A DNA stretch of 64,000 nt, taken from Pristiophorus japonicus (lineage: Eukaryota). The stretch is from positions 373,178,001-373,242,000 of the forward strand of contig NC_091978.1 in the NCBI RefSeq assembly GCF_044704955.1. Direction: 5' to 3'. The notes under the pieces were generated by a model. That model made no database searches. It was not told the origin of the DNA and was given only the letters and a program-made list of their open reading frames with translations. Shown here piece by piece: positions 20,760 through 34,249 of the stretch (position 1 is its first letter; every line of letters starts with the position of its first letter). Made by a program: the position numbers and the translations under genes.

Positions 20760-23190
20760 TTGATTGGTCTAACCAAACTGGTAGCAATGCGGTGAAGGAG
20801 GATTTCCTGAAGTGGGTTTTCTAGACCAATAGGTCGAGGAACCAACTGGAGGGCTGGCCATCCTAGACTGGGTGGTGTGTAATGAGAAAGGACTAATTAG
20901 CAATCTTGTTATGCGAGGCCCCTTGGGGAAGAGTGACCATAATATGGTAGAATTCTTCATTAAGATGGAGAATGGTCCTGAACTTAAGGAAAGGTAACTT
21001 CGATGATATGAGACATGAATTGGCTAGAATAGACTGGCGAATGATACTTAAAGGGTTGATGGTGGATAGGCAATGGCTAACATTTAAAGATCACATGGAT
21101 GAACTTCAACAATTGTACATCCCTGTCTGCAGTAAAAATAAAACAGGGAAGGTGGCTCAACCGTGGCTAACGAGGGAAATTAAGGATAGTGTTAAATCCA
21201 AGGAGGAGGGATATAAATTGGCCAGAAAAAGCAGCAAACCTGAGGACTGGGAGAATTTTGTAATGCAGCAGAGGAGGACAAAGGGTTTAATTAAGAGGGG
21301 GAAAATAGAGTATGAGAGGAAGCTTGCTGGGAACATAAAAACTGACTGCAAAAGCTTCTATAGATATATGAAGAGAAAAAGATTAGTGAAAACAAATGTA
21401 GGTCCCTTGCAGTCGGATTCAGGTGAATTTATAATGGGGAACAAAGAAATGGCGGACCAGTTAAACAAATGCTTTGGTTCTGTCTTCACGAAGGAAGACA
21501 CGAATAACCTTCCGGAAATACTAGGGGACCGAGGGTCTAGTGAGAAGGAGGAACTGAAGGAAATCCTTATTAGGCGGGAAATTGTGTTAGGGAAATTGAT
21601 GGGATTGAAGGCCGATAAATCCCCGGGGCCTCATAGTCTGTATCCCAGAGTACTTAAGGAAGTAGCCCTAGAAATAGTGGATGCATTGGTGATCATTTTC
21701 CAACAGTCTATCGACTCTGGATCAGTTCCTATGGATTGGAGGGTAGCTAATGTAACACAACTTTTTAAGAAAGGAGGGCGAGAGAAAACAGGTAATTATA
21801 GACTGGTTAGCCTGACGCCAGTAGTGGGGGAAATGTTGGAATCAATTATTAAAGATGAAATAGCAGCACATTTGGAAAGCAGTGACAGGATCGGTCCAAG
21901 TCAGCATGGATTTATGAAAGGGAAATCATGCTTGACAAATCTTCTGGAATTTTTTGAGGATATAACTAGTAGAGTGGACAAGGGAGAACCAGTGGATGTG
22001 GTGTATTTGGACTTTCAAAAGGCTTTTGACAAGTTCCCACACAAGAGATTGGTGTGCAAAATTAAAGCCCATGGTATTGGGGGTAATGTACTGACGTGGC
22101 TAGAGAACTGGTTGGCAGACAGGAAGCAGAGAGTCGGGATAAACGGGTCCTTTTCAGAATGGCTGGCAGTGACTAGTGGGGTGCCGCAGGGCTCAGTGCT
22201 GGGACCCCAGCTCTTTACAATATACATTAATGATTTGGATGAGGGAATTGAATGTAATATCTCCAAGTTTGCAGATGACACTAAGCTGGGTGGCGGTGTG
22301 AGCTGTGAGGAGGACGCTAAGAGGCTGCAGGGTGACTTGGACAGGTTAGGTGAGTGGGCAAATGCATGGCAGATGTGATGTAATGTAGATAAATGTGAGA
22401 TTATCCACTTTGGTGGCAAAAACGCAAAGGCAGAATATTATCTGAATGGTGACAGATTAGGAAAAGGGAAGGTGCAACGAGACCTGGGTGTCATGGTACA
22501 TCTGTCATTGAAAGTTGGCATGCAGGTACAGCAGGCGGTGAAGAAGGCAAATGGTATGTTGGCCTTCATAGCTAGGGGATTTGAGTATAGGAGCAGGGAG
22601 GTCTTACTGCAGTTGTACAGGGCCTTAGTGAGGCCTCACCTGGAATATTGTGTTCAGTTTTGGTCTCCTAATCTGAGGAAGGACATTTTTGCTATTGAGG
22701 GAGTGCAGCAAAGGTTCACCAGACTGATTCCCGGGATGGCAGGACTGACATATGAGGAGAGACTGGATCGACTGGGCCTGTATTCACTGGAGTTTAGAAG
22801 GATGAGAGGGGATCTCATAGAAACATATAAAATTATGATGGGACTGGACAGGTTGGATGCAGGGAGAATGTTCCCGATGTTGGGGAAGTCCAGGGGACAC
22901 AGTCTAAGGATAAGGGGTAGGCCATTTAGGACTGAGATGAGGAGAAACTTCTTCACTCAGAGAGTTGTTAACCTGTGGAATTCCCTGCCGCAGAGAGTTG
23001 TTGAGGCCAGTTCATTGGATATATTCAAGAGGGAGTTAGATATGGCCCTTACGGCTAAAGGGATCAAGGAGTATGGAGAGAAAGCAGGAAAGGGATACTG
23101 AGGGAATGTTCAACCATGATCATATTGAATGGTGGTGCAGGCTCGAAGGGCCGAATGGCCTACTCCTGCACCTATTTTCTATGTTTCTAT
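20760..23190 (+). mobile_element. HER1-like CR1 LINE, 5'-truncated, with a long RT ORF (20972-22378, stop, then continuing to 23101)
   Basis: [36 protein letters not shown] and FADD RT motifs; ctatgtttctat tail. Confidence 0.93.
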
Positions 23191-24017
23191 TTATACGGGG
23201 CACGGAGTGTGTTGTGTATACGGGGCACGGAGTGTGTTGTGTATACGGGACACCGTGCGTGCTGTGTATACGGGACAGTCTGTGCTCTGTCACAGGACAC
23301 TGTGCGTGCTGTGTATACGGGACAGTCTGTGTTTGCAGTGTTGCAGTGATACCCGGCTCATTCACTGTCGATTGGCGATATTACTTCCTGTGTGGATTTG
23401 GCTGGTCCGTTGACTGTGTCTGCACCCTGCGTTTATCAATCTCGGGCAAGTGCAAAGCAGTCGGGGATTCTGAAGAAGAGGCACAGATAAAAGAAACCGC
23501 TTGTTATTCATCAACTTTTTAAAAACAAATTCTTTTTTTTCTTTAAACTTATTCATGTGTTGTAAACCTGAGCCAGGCCCGTTTGAATAGTAACGACCGC
23601 AAGATAAAACCACAAGACCTTGATATTAACTTACCAATGTCGGTAAATGACAGAATTTTCTAGACATTGGGTTTATAGTTCTGGCAAATATCACAATAGG
23701 AAGGAAGTCAATGTGTGTAATAAATGTCAGCAGCAGATAGTGTACGTATACATCCCCGAATGATGCTTATCTCAGTCCATTTATGCTTCCTCTTCATTGT
23801 ATTACACAGTGTGTTACAGACCATTGGGCCCCAGCGCTCCGTGCCGGTATTAATGCTCCACACCAGCCCCCTCCCTCCCCTCTCCATCTCCCCCAGTGTC
23901 AGTGTCGCATTGCCAAGCGAGTGGGGTTACACATTGTTAAATCAGAAACGGAACTTGCGATTGAGATTAACCCTTGTAGTAAGAAACATCAGATTTATGT
24001 AACTCCTTCCCCAGCTA

Positions 24018-25745
24018 TGATCATCATAAGTGTTCCCTCGAACGAGGATGACCTGCTTCCACATCAAAGTGGACGGGTTCACAGATGTTTCAATAAAGGA
24101 CCCGATGTTCCAGTCCTGAACTCCAGGGGTGGAGGATGCCTGTGGGTGGATTTTTTTAACGTGGGGTGACCGTTGCACACCAGCCACCACACGGGGCTTG
24201 ACAGAGCGAGGTCTTGGTCCAGGGGCAAGGGTTAACCAGGACGACTGGAGACCAGCTCTGCTGCACGGACCCAGTGTGCTCACATATCGCAGTGTGGGCT
24301 GGGCCCGTGCTGCCCCTGGGCCCTCGCCTCTCCTGGGCCCCGTACCCTCATTCGCCGCACCTCCACCGCGATCTCTCGCTGCTACTCCGCTACGATCCCT
24401 CCACGGTCCCTCGCCGCTCCTCCGCCGCGATTCCTCGCCGCGATTCCTCGCCCGCGATTCCTCGCCGCGATTCCTCGCCGCGATTCCTCGCCGCGATTCC
24501 TCGCCCGCGATTCCTCGCCCGCGATTCCTCGGCCGCGATTCCTCGGCCGCGATTCCTCGGCCGCGATTCCTCGGCCGCGATTCCTCGCCGCTCCTCCGCC
24601 GCGATTCCTCGCCGCGATTCCTCGCCGCGATTCCTCGCCGCTCCTCCGCCGCGATTCCTCGCCCGCGATTCCTCGCCGCGATTCCTCGCCCGCGATTCCT
24701 CGGCCGCGATTCCTCGCCGCGATTCCTCGCCCGCGATTCCTCGCCGCGATTCCTCGCCGCGATTCCTCGCCGCGATTCCTCGCCTCGATTCCTCGCCGCG
24801 ATTCCTCCGCCACGATTCCTCGCCGCGATTCCTCGCCGCGATTCCTCGCCGCGATTCCTCGGCCGCGATTCCTCGGCCGCGATTCCTCGGCCGCGATTCC
24901 TCGCCGCGATTCCTCGCCGCGATTCCTCGCCGCGATTCCTCGCCGCGATTCCTCGCCGCGATTCCTCGCCGCGATTCCTCGCCGCGATTCCTCGCCGCGA
25001 TTCCTCGGCCGCGATTCCTCGCCGCGATTCCTCGCCGCGATTCCTCGCTGCTCCTCCGCCGCGATTCCTCGCCGCGATTCCTCGCCGCGATTCCTCGGCC
25101 GCGATTCCTCGCCGCGTTTCCTCGCTGCTCCTCCGCCGCGATTCCTCGCCGCGATTCCTCGCCGCGATTCCTCGGCCGCGATTCCTCGCCGCGATTCCTC
25201 GCCGCGATTCCTCGCCGCGATTCCTCGGCCGCGATTCCTCGGCCGCGATTCCTCGCCGCGATTCCTCGGCCGCGATTCCTCGCCCGCGATTCCTCGGCCG
25301 CGATTCCTCGCCGCGTTTCCTCCGCTGCTGCTCCTCCGCCGCGATTCCTCGCCGCGATTCCTCGCCGCTCCTCCGCCGCGATTCCTCGTCGCTCCTCCGC
25401 CGCGATTCCTCGCCGTGATTCCTCGCCGCGATTCCTCGCCGCGGTCCCTCGCCGCTCCTCCGCCACGGTCCCTCGCCGCTCCTCCGCCACGGTCCCTCGC
25501 CGCTCCTCCGCCACGATTCCTCGCCGCTCCTCCGCCACGATTCCTCGCCGCGATTCCTCGCCGCTTCTCTGCCACGGTTCCTCGCCGCTCCTCTGCTGTA
25601 CCTGGGCCCCGCCGATGTTCCTGCCCACACTCCAAATGGTGACCTGGGCCTTGATGACGTCACCAGTCGCCCACCTCGAAGTCGTCGCATACTTGGGCAA
25701 CTTGCGCTGGAACTTGTAGTGACATCTCCCAACCTGCGGTGATGT
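24018..25745 (-). mobile_element. Bipartite non-autonomous RTE (5'UTR/ORF start fused to 3' tail) with a 1.2-kb 13/14-bp VNTR (CGCGATTCCTCGC, about 24400-25600)
   Basis: RTE tail at 24018-24062 is directly followed by a homolog of RTE 5' region 13540-13860. Confidence 0.78.
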
Positions 25746-25919
25746 CCTCTCACAGGTCAGGTGGCCCATGATGTTCCAGGGGACCGCACTCCAGCTCCCC
25801 ATACTCCCGACCCGTGGGACGTTCCGACCCGTGAGAGGACACTACCGCAGGTCGGGAGGACAAAGAGCTCCAGTGTAGTAACAGTATACTAACCCCATTG
25901 TCATAACCTCCAGAACAGG

Positions 25920-27003
25920 ACAAAGTAGCCATTTGGATCCAAAATTGGCTCAGTGGCAGGAAGCAAAGGGTAATGGTTGATGGGTGTTTTTGTGACTGGA
26001 AGGATGTTTCCAGTGGGGTTCCACAGGGCTCAGTACTGGGTCCCTTGCTTTTTGTGATATACATCAATGATCTAGACTTGAATATAGGGGGTATGATTAA
26101 GAAGTTTGCAGATGATACTAAAATTGTCCGTGTGGTTGATAATGAAGAAGAAAGCTGCGGACTGCAGGAAGATATCAATGAACTGGTCAGGTGGGCAGAA
26201 CAGTGGCAAATGGAATTCAATCCGGAGAAGTGCATTTGGGGAGGGCTAACAAGGCAAGGGAATACACAATAAATGGTAGGACACTGAGGAGTGTAGAGGA
26301 ACAAAGGGACCTGGGAGTGCAGGTCCACAGATCCCTGAAGGTAGCAGGCCAGGTAGATAAGGTGGTTAAGAAGGCATACGGGATACTTGCCTTTATTAGC
26401 CGAGGCATAGAATACAAGAGCAGGGGGGTTATGCTTGAACTGTATAAAACACTAGTTAGGCCACAGCTGGAGTACTGCGTGCAGTTCTGGTCACCACATT
26501 ACAGGAAAGATGTGATTGCACTGGAGAGGGTACAGAGGAGATTTACGAGGATGTTGCCGGGAGTGGAGAATTTTAGCGATGAGGAAAGATTGGATAGGCT
26601 GGGGTTGTTTTCACAGAGGAAGCTGAGGAGAGACCTGATTGAGGTGTATAAAATTATGAGGGGCCTGGATAGAGTGGATAGGAAGGACCTGTTTCCCTTG
26701 GCAGGGAGGTCAACAACCGAGGGGCATAGATTTAAAGTAAACGAGGTTTAGAGGGGGTTTGAGGAGAACTTTTTCACCCAGAGGGTGGTGGGGGTCTGGA
26801 ACTCACTGCCTGAAAGGGTGGTAGAGGCAGAAACCCTCACCACATTTAAAAAGTACTTGGATGTGCACAAAGTGCTGTAACCTGCAGGGCTATGGACCGA
26901 GAGCTGGAAAGTGGGATTAGGCTGGGTAGCTCTTTGTTGGCCGGCATGGACACGATGGGCCGAATGGCCTCCTTCCGTGCTGTAAATTTCTCTGATTCTA
27001 TGC
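25920..27003 (+). mobile_element. CR1 LINE RT to 3' end
   Basis: [30 protein letters not shown]. Confidence 0.9.
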
Positions 27004-27529
27004 ACAGCAAAACCATAGTGGAGGAAGAGAGTCAACTCGAGCCAAGGCCACCCGCCCGATTACAATGCCCAAGTGTCGAGACTGCAGAGGTGGTGTTGGT
27101 TTCAGATACGGGTAACAGGGTGTAATTGAGAAAGTGGAATCAGACAGACGATCTGGGGACAATAATGGTGTAAAAACGTCTTTCTACGGCAGTTTTCGTA
27201 ACAAACTGCAGGGTTTCCTTTTTGTGGCTGAGACCTCGAGTATCGTGTCTGAACAAGAAAACCATTTGCATCACCCTCACCTGACTGTCTGCAACATGCT
27301 GCTTTGTTTAGACTGATACAGCGAGTTGTTGTGATCGGGAACACGCTGCCTGAAAGGGCGGTGGGAGCAGATTCAATAGTGACTTTCAAACCGGGAATTG
27401 GATAATTACTTAAAGGGAGGGAATGTGCCGGGGCTGTGGAGAAAGAGTGGGGGGAGTGGGACTGATTGGATCGCTCTGTCACAGAGCCAGCACAGGCTCG
27501 ATGGGCCCAATGGCCTCCTCCTGTGAGGT

Positions 27530-28718
27530 ACGATTTGGATTTCGAGAGGGCATTTGATAAGGTGCCACACAAAAGGTTACTGCACAAGATAAAAGCTCAC
27601 TGGGTTGGAGGTAATATATTAGTATGGATAGAGGATTGGCTAACCAACAGTAAACAGAGAGTCGGGGTAAATTAGTCATTCTCCGGTTGGCAAACAATGA
27701 CTAGTGGAGTGCCGCAGGGATCGGTGCTGGGGCCTCAACTATTTACAATCTATATTAATGACTTGGATGAAGGGACCGAGTGTAATGTAGCCAAGTTTGC
27801 TGATGATACAAAGATGGGTGGGAAAACAATGTGTGAGGAGGACACAAAAAATCTGCAAAGGGATATAGACAGACTCAGTGAGTGGGCAAAGATCTGACAG
27901 ATGGAGTATAATGTGGGAAAATGTGAGGTTATCCACTTTGGCAGAAAAAATAGAAAAGCAAATTATAATTTAAATGGAGAAAAATTGCAAAGTGCTGCAG
28001 TACAGAGGGACCTGGGGGTCCTTGTGCATGAAACACAAAAAGTTAGTATGTAGGTACAGCAAGTGATCAGGAAGGCAAATGGAATGTTGGCCTTTATTGC
28101 AAGGGGGATAGAGTATAAAAGCAGAGATGTCCTGCTACAACTGTACAGGGTATTGGTGAGGCCACACCTGGAGTACTGCGTACAGTTTTGGTCTCCGTAT
28201 TTAAGGAAGGATATACTTGCTTTGGAGGCAGTTCAGAGAAGGTTCACTCAGTTGATTCTGGAGATGAGGGGGTTGACATGAAGATAGGTTGAGTAGGTTG
28301 GGCCTATACTCATTGGAGTTCAGAAGAATGAGAGGTGATCTTATTGAACATATAAGATAATGAGGGGGCTCGACAAGGTAGATGCAGAGAGCATATTTCC
28401 ACTCATCGGGGAAACTAGAACTAGGGGACATAGTCTCAGAATAAGGGGCCGCCCATTTAAAACTGAGATGAGGAGGAATTTCTTCTCTGAGGACGGTGAA
28501 TCTGTGGAATTCTCTGTCCCAGAGAGCTGTGGAGGCTGGGTCATTGAATATATTTAAGGTGATGATAGACAGATTTTTGAGCGATAAGGGAGTGAAGGGT
28601 TATGGGGAGCGGGCGGGGAAGTGGAGTTGAGTCCATGATCAGATCAGCCGTGATTTTATTGAATGACGGAGCAGGCTCGAGGGGCCGAATGGACAACTCC
28701 TGCTCCTATTTCTTATGT
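27530..28718 (+). mobile_element. CR1 LINE RT to 3' end, degenerate
   Basis: AFDKVPH, FADDTK, RPHLEYCVQFWSP with stops. Confidence 0.9.
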
Positions 28719-28724
28719 TGTTAT

Positions 28725-29215
28725 ATAGGAAGGATGTGAAGGCCTTAGAGGGGGTGCAGAGAGATTTACGAGAATGGTTCCAGGGATGAGGGACTTCAGT
28801 GACGGGGATAGACTGGAGAAGCCGGGGTTGTTCTCCTTGGAGCAGAGAAGGTTGAGGGGAGATTTGATCGAAGTGTTTACAATCGTGAAGGGTTTTTGAT
28901 CGAGTAAATCGGGAGAAAGTGTTCCCAGGGGCAGGAGGGTTGGTAACCAGAGGGACACAGATTGACGATTGGCGATGGAACCCGAGGGAACTCTCGCAGC
29001 GAGTTGTGATTGGGAACGCATTGACTGAAAGGGCGGTGGGAGCAGATTCAATAGTAACTTTCAAACGGGGGATTGGATAAATACTTGAAGGGGAAAATGT
29101 GCTGGCCTGTGGGAGGGGACGCGGGTGGGGGGGGGGCACAGACGGGTGGGGGGGGGGGCCGGGGTCGGGTGGGGGGGGTGCAGAGGGGGGTGGGACTGAT
29201 TGGATCGCTCTGTTA
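28725..29215 (+). mobile_element. CR1 3' fragment with G-run expansions (29120-29190), ending about 70 bp before exon 5
   Basis: Similarity to CR1 C-terminus and tail. Confidence 0.7.
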
Positions 29216-29286
29216 TATTTTGCATGTGGCATGGATTTAATTGTTCCTGTATCCAGTTGTGCTGATCATCTGCTCTGTTTCTGTAG

Positions 29287-29439
<153 letters not shown>

Positions 29440-30479
29440 TAAATAGCTTGTTAAGCTACTCTAATTAGTTGCACATGCACTGGTGCTTTAGTACGAAGTG
29501 CTTGAAATAAACTAGACTTCCACATTTTCAGATCTGTGAGGGAGATGAAAAAAATCACTAAAAAAACAAAACAATAACCAGATAATATTTCCAATTTGTC
29601 TTGTCGTTTTCAGGGTAATTTTGTGAATTTTTGGCAGTTCAGCAAATGAGTTGGCAGATGGTGGGTGGAATTCTTGACGGTAGAATTTATATTTAGCACG
29701 TATGCAAATGTGGTCTTCATTCGTCATTTGTGTGGGCTTGGGAGGGTCGTGAATGTCAGTGAATAAGTGATCATTTACATCTGCAGCTTAACGTTATTGA
29801 TTTAGCATCTTGGCCTGTTGTGTAAGATGTTAAAACCGCATGGATTTATTAACTCTACAATGTTGCTCACTATCCATGTTATCCAAACAAACCTGGAACA
29901 GGCTTGAATTTTATTTTACAATCGAAGTGTGACGAATCTGTTCCCCTCACTTCCACTGTTTGTACCAACGGGTCAAATCCTTTCCAAATGTGAAAGAAAT
30001 ACCCGAGACTATTGAGGTCACTTTCCCGAGTCCTTCCTAAATCTGCTCTGAATAAAAGAAATTTTTTTTGCGATTTGAAGTGTGTAGCTCTGGTCAGTTC
30101 AGGGTCTGGCTTCTGCCAGTTAACCAAATGTCGAGCAGAAAATGGGAAGCTAAAATGGGAACAAGCTTAATGCTGAAATTTAAGTGCTAAAATATTGGTG
30201 TCAGGGGAAACAGAAATCCCCAGAGGGAACTATGCTGTGTGCAGTGTTCCTCCACACCGTTCACTTCTGGTTTGTACACCATCTCCGAGAGAGACTCAGC
30301 TGTCAGGGACTTGCAACAACCCCCGGGGGGTGAAATTCTCCAGCGCCCGTCTGGGGCAGGACTTCCTGCACCCAGCTGCAAAATTACGGTTACCGCCCCT
30401 CACAGGAAGTGCAACGCAATGTCACATGCTCCACTTCCTGTTGGGGCGGGTTCCGTAGCACTACTCGGGCATGATCGGC

Positions 30480-31577
30480 AGCGCTGCACTATGGGAGGGG
30501 CAGTACTGAGGGAGTGTCGCACTGTCGGAGGGGCAGTACTGAGGGAGTGCCGCACTGTCGGAGGGGCAGTACTGAGGGAGTGCCGCACTGTCGATGGGGC
30601 AGTACTGAGGGAGCGCCGCACTGTCGGAGGGGCAGTACTGAGGGAGCGCCGCACTGTCGGAGGGGCAGTACTGAGGGAGCGCCGCACTGTCGGAGGGGCA
30701 GTACTGAGGGAGTGCCGCACTGTCGGAGGGGCAGTACTGAGGGAGCGCCGCACTGTCGGAGGGGCAGTACTGAGGGAATGCCGCACTGTCGGAGGGGCAG
30801 TACTGAGGGAGTGCCGCACTGTCGGAGGGGCAGTACTGAGGGAGCGCCGCACTGTCGGAGGGGCAGTACTGAGGGAGCGCCGCACTGTCGGAGGGGCAGT
30901 ACTGAGGGAGCGCCGCACTGTCGGAGGGGCAGTACTGAGGGAGTGCCGCACTGTCGGAGGGGCAGTACTGAGGGAGCGCCGCACTGTCGGAGGGGCAATA
31001 CTGAGGGAGTGCCGCACTGTCGATGGGGCAGTACTGAGGGAGCGCCGCACTGTCGGAGGGGCAGTACTGAGGGAGCGCCGCACTGTCGGAGGGGCAGTAC
31101 TGAGGGAGCGCCGCACTGTCGGAGGGGCAGTACTGAGGGAGTGCCGCACTGTCGGAGGGGCAGTACTGAGGGAGCGCCGCACTGTCGGAGGGGCAGTACT
31201 GAGGGAATGCCGCACTGTCGGAGGGGCAGTACTGAGGGAGTGCCGCACTGTCGGAGGGGCAGTACTGAGGGAGCGCCGCACTGTCGGAGGGGCAGTACTG
31301 AGGGAGCGGTGCACTGTCGGAGGGGCAGTACTGAGGGAGCGCCGCACTGTCGGAGGGGCAGTACTGAGGGAGCGCCGCATTGTCGGAGGTGCACCTTTCA
31401 TATGAGGCATTAAACGGAGGCCCCGTCTGCCTACTCGGGTTTGACTGAAAAGATCCCATATTTCGAAGAAGAGCAGGGGAGTTCGTCCTGGGGCCAATAT
31501 TTATCCCTCAACCAACATCACTAACACAGATTATCTGGTCATTGTCACATTGCTGTGTGTGGGAGCTTGCTGTGCAC
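30480..31577 (+). mobile_element. Headless Deu-SINE starting within its 33-bp VNTR (30493-31390, about 27 units)
   Basis: Array followed by the Deu core; no tRNA head. Confidence 0.85.
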
Positions 31578-32539
31578 TTTGCGAAGTTATTTCGTTGTCA
31601 TGTTCCATGAATGTGTCCAGCCATGGGCATTTTTATTTTACCTCTTATGGACTAGGTAAAAAACTGTAAATTTGAGAAGCTACTTAGAATCATTTACTTT
31701 CAAATTGGATAAATATTTGAAATGGAAACATTTGCGGGGCTGTGGGGAAAGAGCGGGGGGAGTGGGACTGATTGGATCGTTCTGTCACAGAGCCGGCACA
31801 GGCCCGATCGGCCCAATGGCCTCCTGTGCGATGTTCTTTGGAAGTTTAGCTCTTGCCAAATCTGTTTCCTTTTACAAGAGAGTTTACAGAAGAGAATTTA
31901 TGGGTTGGCAAGGAAGCCAAGCTCGGAACTGGCGGGTGGGGGGGTGGGGGGCTGGTCTGTGCTGTATCCACCGACACTGGGAGCTGGTTGAGACACCTCC
32001 CCAACCCATTTGCAGACGGATGGCCAGCTAGATTTGAACCCAAGTCCCCAGAAGTGGAAGGACAGCATTCTATTCTGCTCCACCCTTTTGATTCCGATCC
32101 ATTCTCGCTGGGCAATTATAAACCACCTGTCCAAAACAAGGGTTTTCAGCCGATTCACAAATTCCTAAGTAGCCCTTCCAGAAAATTACAACCCATTCAT
32201 CGTACTGTTGAACACAGCTTGCCTATTTTGACGGAATGGATTCTATTAAATCATACAAAGAGTATTGGCCCAGATTCTGCGGTCAGCGGTGAATGAACAA
32301 CGCTCGCTGTTCATCATTTGCACACTTGCTCACAGACTTTTTAAAAATATGTAATTATTTTTAAATCTCCAACAATAATTGAAATCTCAAGGAATGAGAC
32401 TCCACACATGGGAAAGGTCATTGTCAGTGCCAGAGTAATTTTCAGTGCCAGAGAGGTTGTTTGGCAGTAATTAGGAAATATCACATTATTAGATATTCAC
32501 TGACACTGGAATGAAGCTGCCCGAACATTACTTGGTCGT

Positions 32540-34185
32540 CGTCATCATCATCATCATCATAGGCAGTCCCTCGAAATCGAGGAAGACTTGCTTCCACTCA
32601 GTGAGTTCTCAGGTGACTGAACAGTCCAATACGAGAACCACAGTCCCTGTCACAGGTGGGACAGACAGTGGTTGAGGGAAGGGGAGGGTGGGACTGGTTT
32701 GCCGCACGCTCCTTCCGCTGCCTGCACTTGATTTCTGCATGCTCTCGGCGATGAGACTCGAGGTGCTCAGCGCCCTCCCGGATGCACTTCCTCCACTTAG
32801 AGCGGACTGGTCTTTGGCCAGGGACTCCCAGGTGTCGGTGGGGATGTTGCACTTTATCAGGGAGGCTTTGCGGGTGTCCTTGTAGCATTTCCGCTGCCCA
32901 CCTGGGGCTCGCTTGCCGTGTAGGGTTTCCGAGTAGAGTGCTTGCTTTGGGAGTCTCGTGTCAAGCATGCGGACAATGTGGCCCACCCAGCGGAGCTGAT
33001 CGAGTGTGGTCAGTGCTTCGATGCTGGGGATGTTGGGCCTGGTCGAGGACGCTAATGTTGGTGCGTCTGCCCTCCCAGGGGATTTGCAGGATTTTGCGGA
33101 GACATCGTTGGTGGCATTTCTCCAGCGACTTGAGGTGTCTACTGTACATGGTCCATGTCTCTGAGCCATACAGGAGGGCGGGTATCACTGCAGCCCTGTA
33201 GACCATAGGTTTGGTACCAAATTTGAGGTCCTGGTCTTCAACACTCTCTTCCTCAGGCGACTGAAGGCTGCACTGGCGCACTGGAGGCGGTGTTGGATCT
33301 CGTCGTCGATGTCTGCCCTTGCTGATAGTAGGCTCCCGAGGTATGGGAAATGGTCCACGTTGTCCAAGGCCGTGCCGTGGATTTTGATGACCGGGGGCAG
33401 TGCTGTGTGGAGGGTTGGTAGAAGACCTTTGTCTTACGGATGTTTAGCGTAAGGCCTATGCTTTCGTATGCTTCGGTGAAGATGGCTTGGAGTTCGGCCT
33501 CCCAGTGTGCGCAGACACAAGCGTCGTCCGCGTACTGTAGCTCGATGACAGAGGATGGGACGACCTTGGATCTAGCCTGGGGGCGACAAAGGTTGAACAG
33601 ATTCCCGTTTGGTTCTCTAGTTTAGTTCCACTCCAGCGAGGGTGAGATGGAGCATTGCAGCGAGGAAGATTGAGAAGAGGGTTGGGGCGATGACGCAGCC
33701 CTGCTTGACCCCGGTCCGGACGTGGATTGGGTCTGCGGTGGATCCGTTGGTCAGGATCACGGCCTGCATGTTGTCATGGAGCAGGCGGAGGATGGATAGT
33801 TGTCGCACGGTGAAGATCGTGTGGACAGAATCCGCGTTATGACTCCGGGAGGAGCTCCTCAGCCACAGGAGAAGACAGCTGAGGAGGACTCTAGCGATGA
33901 CTTTCCCAGTGGTCGACAGCAGGGAGATTCCTCTGTAGTTACCGCAGTCGGACTTCTCCCCTTTTTTGAAGATGGTCACGATTACAGCGTGTCTCAGATC
34001 TCCTGGCATGCTCTCCTCCTCCCAGATGAGAGAGATGAGGTCCTGCATTCGTGCCAATAGTGCCTCTCCTCCATACTTCAGTACCTCAGCGGGGATTCCA
34101 TCTGCTCCCGAGGCCTTGTTGTTCTTGAGCTGATGGATGGCCTTTTCTACCTTGTGCCGGGCTGGGGTTTGCTGAGAGTGGTGGG
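32540..34185 (-). mobile_element. RTE LINE RT to 3' end, degenerate
   Basis: NYRGISLLS, GVKQGCVIAPTLF, FPYLGS, LLYGSETW; (CAT)n tail. Confidence 0.9.
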
Positions 34186-34249
34186 TATCTACAACAAGTA
34201 CCGCAACTTCACTCCGTTCCTGTGTTTCAATCCGAGTGTTTCAGCGAGA

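Noticed and set aside
20972-22378. 468-aa RT ORF as an active or domesticated gene
   Set aside because: It is 5'-truncated, lacks most of the endonuclease and has a premature TGA at 22376. It is an ordinary young CR1 copy.
23942-25802. 400-600 aa Arg/Glu-rich ORFs on both strands
   Set aside because: Products of a stop-free 13/14-bp VNTR.
30239-31497. CRISPR-like or zinc-finger-like 33-bp periodicity (PHCRRGSTEG repeats)
   Set aside because: The units are contiguous with no unique spacers, there are no cas genes, and the context is a eukaryotic SINE. Cys/His spacing does not fit C2H2.
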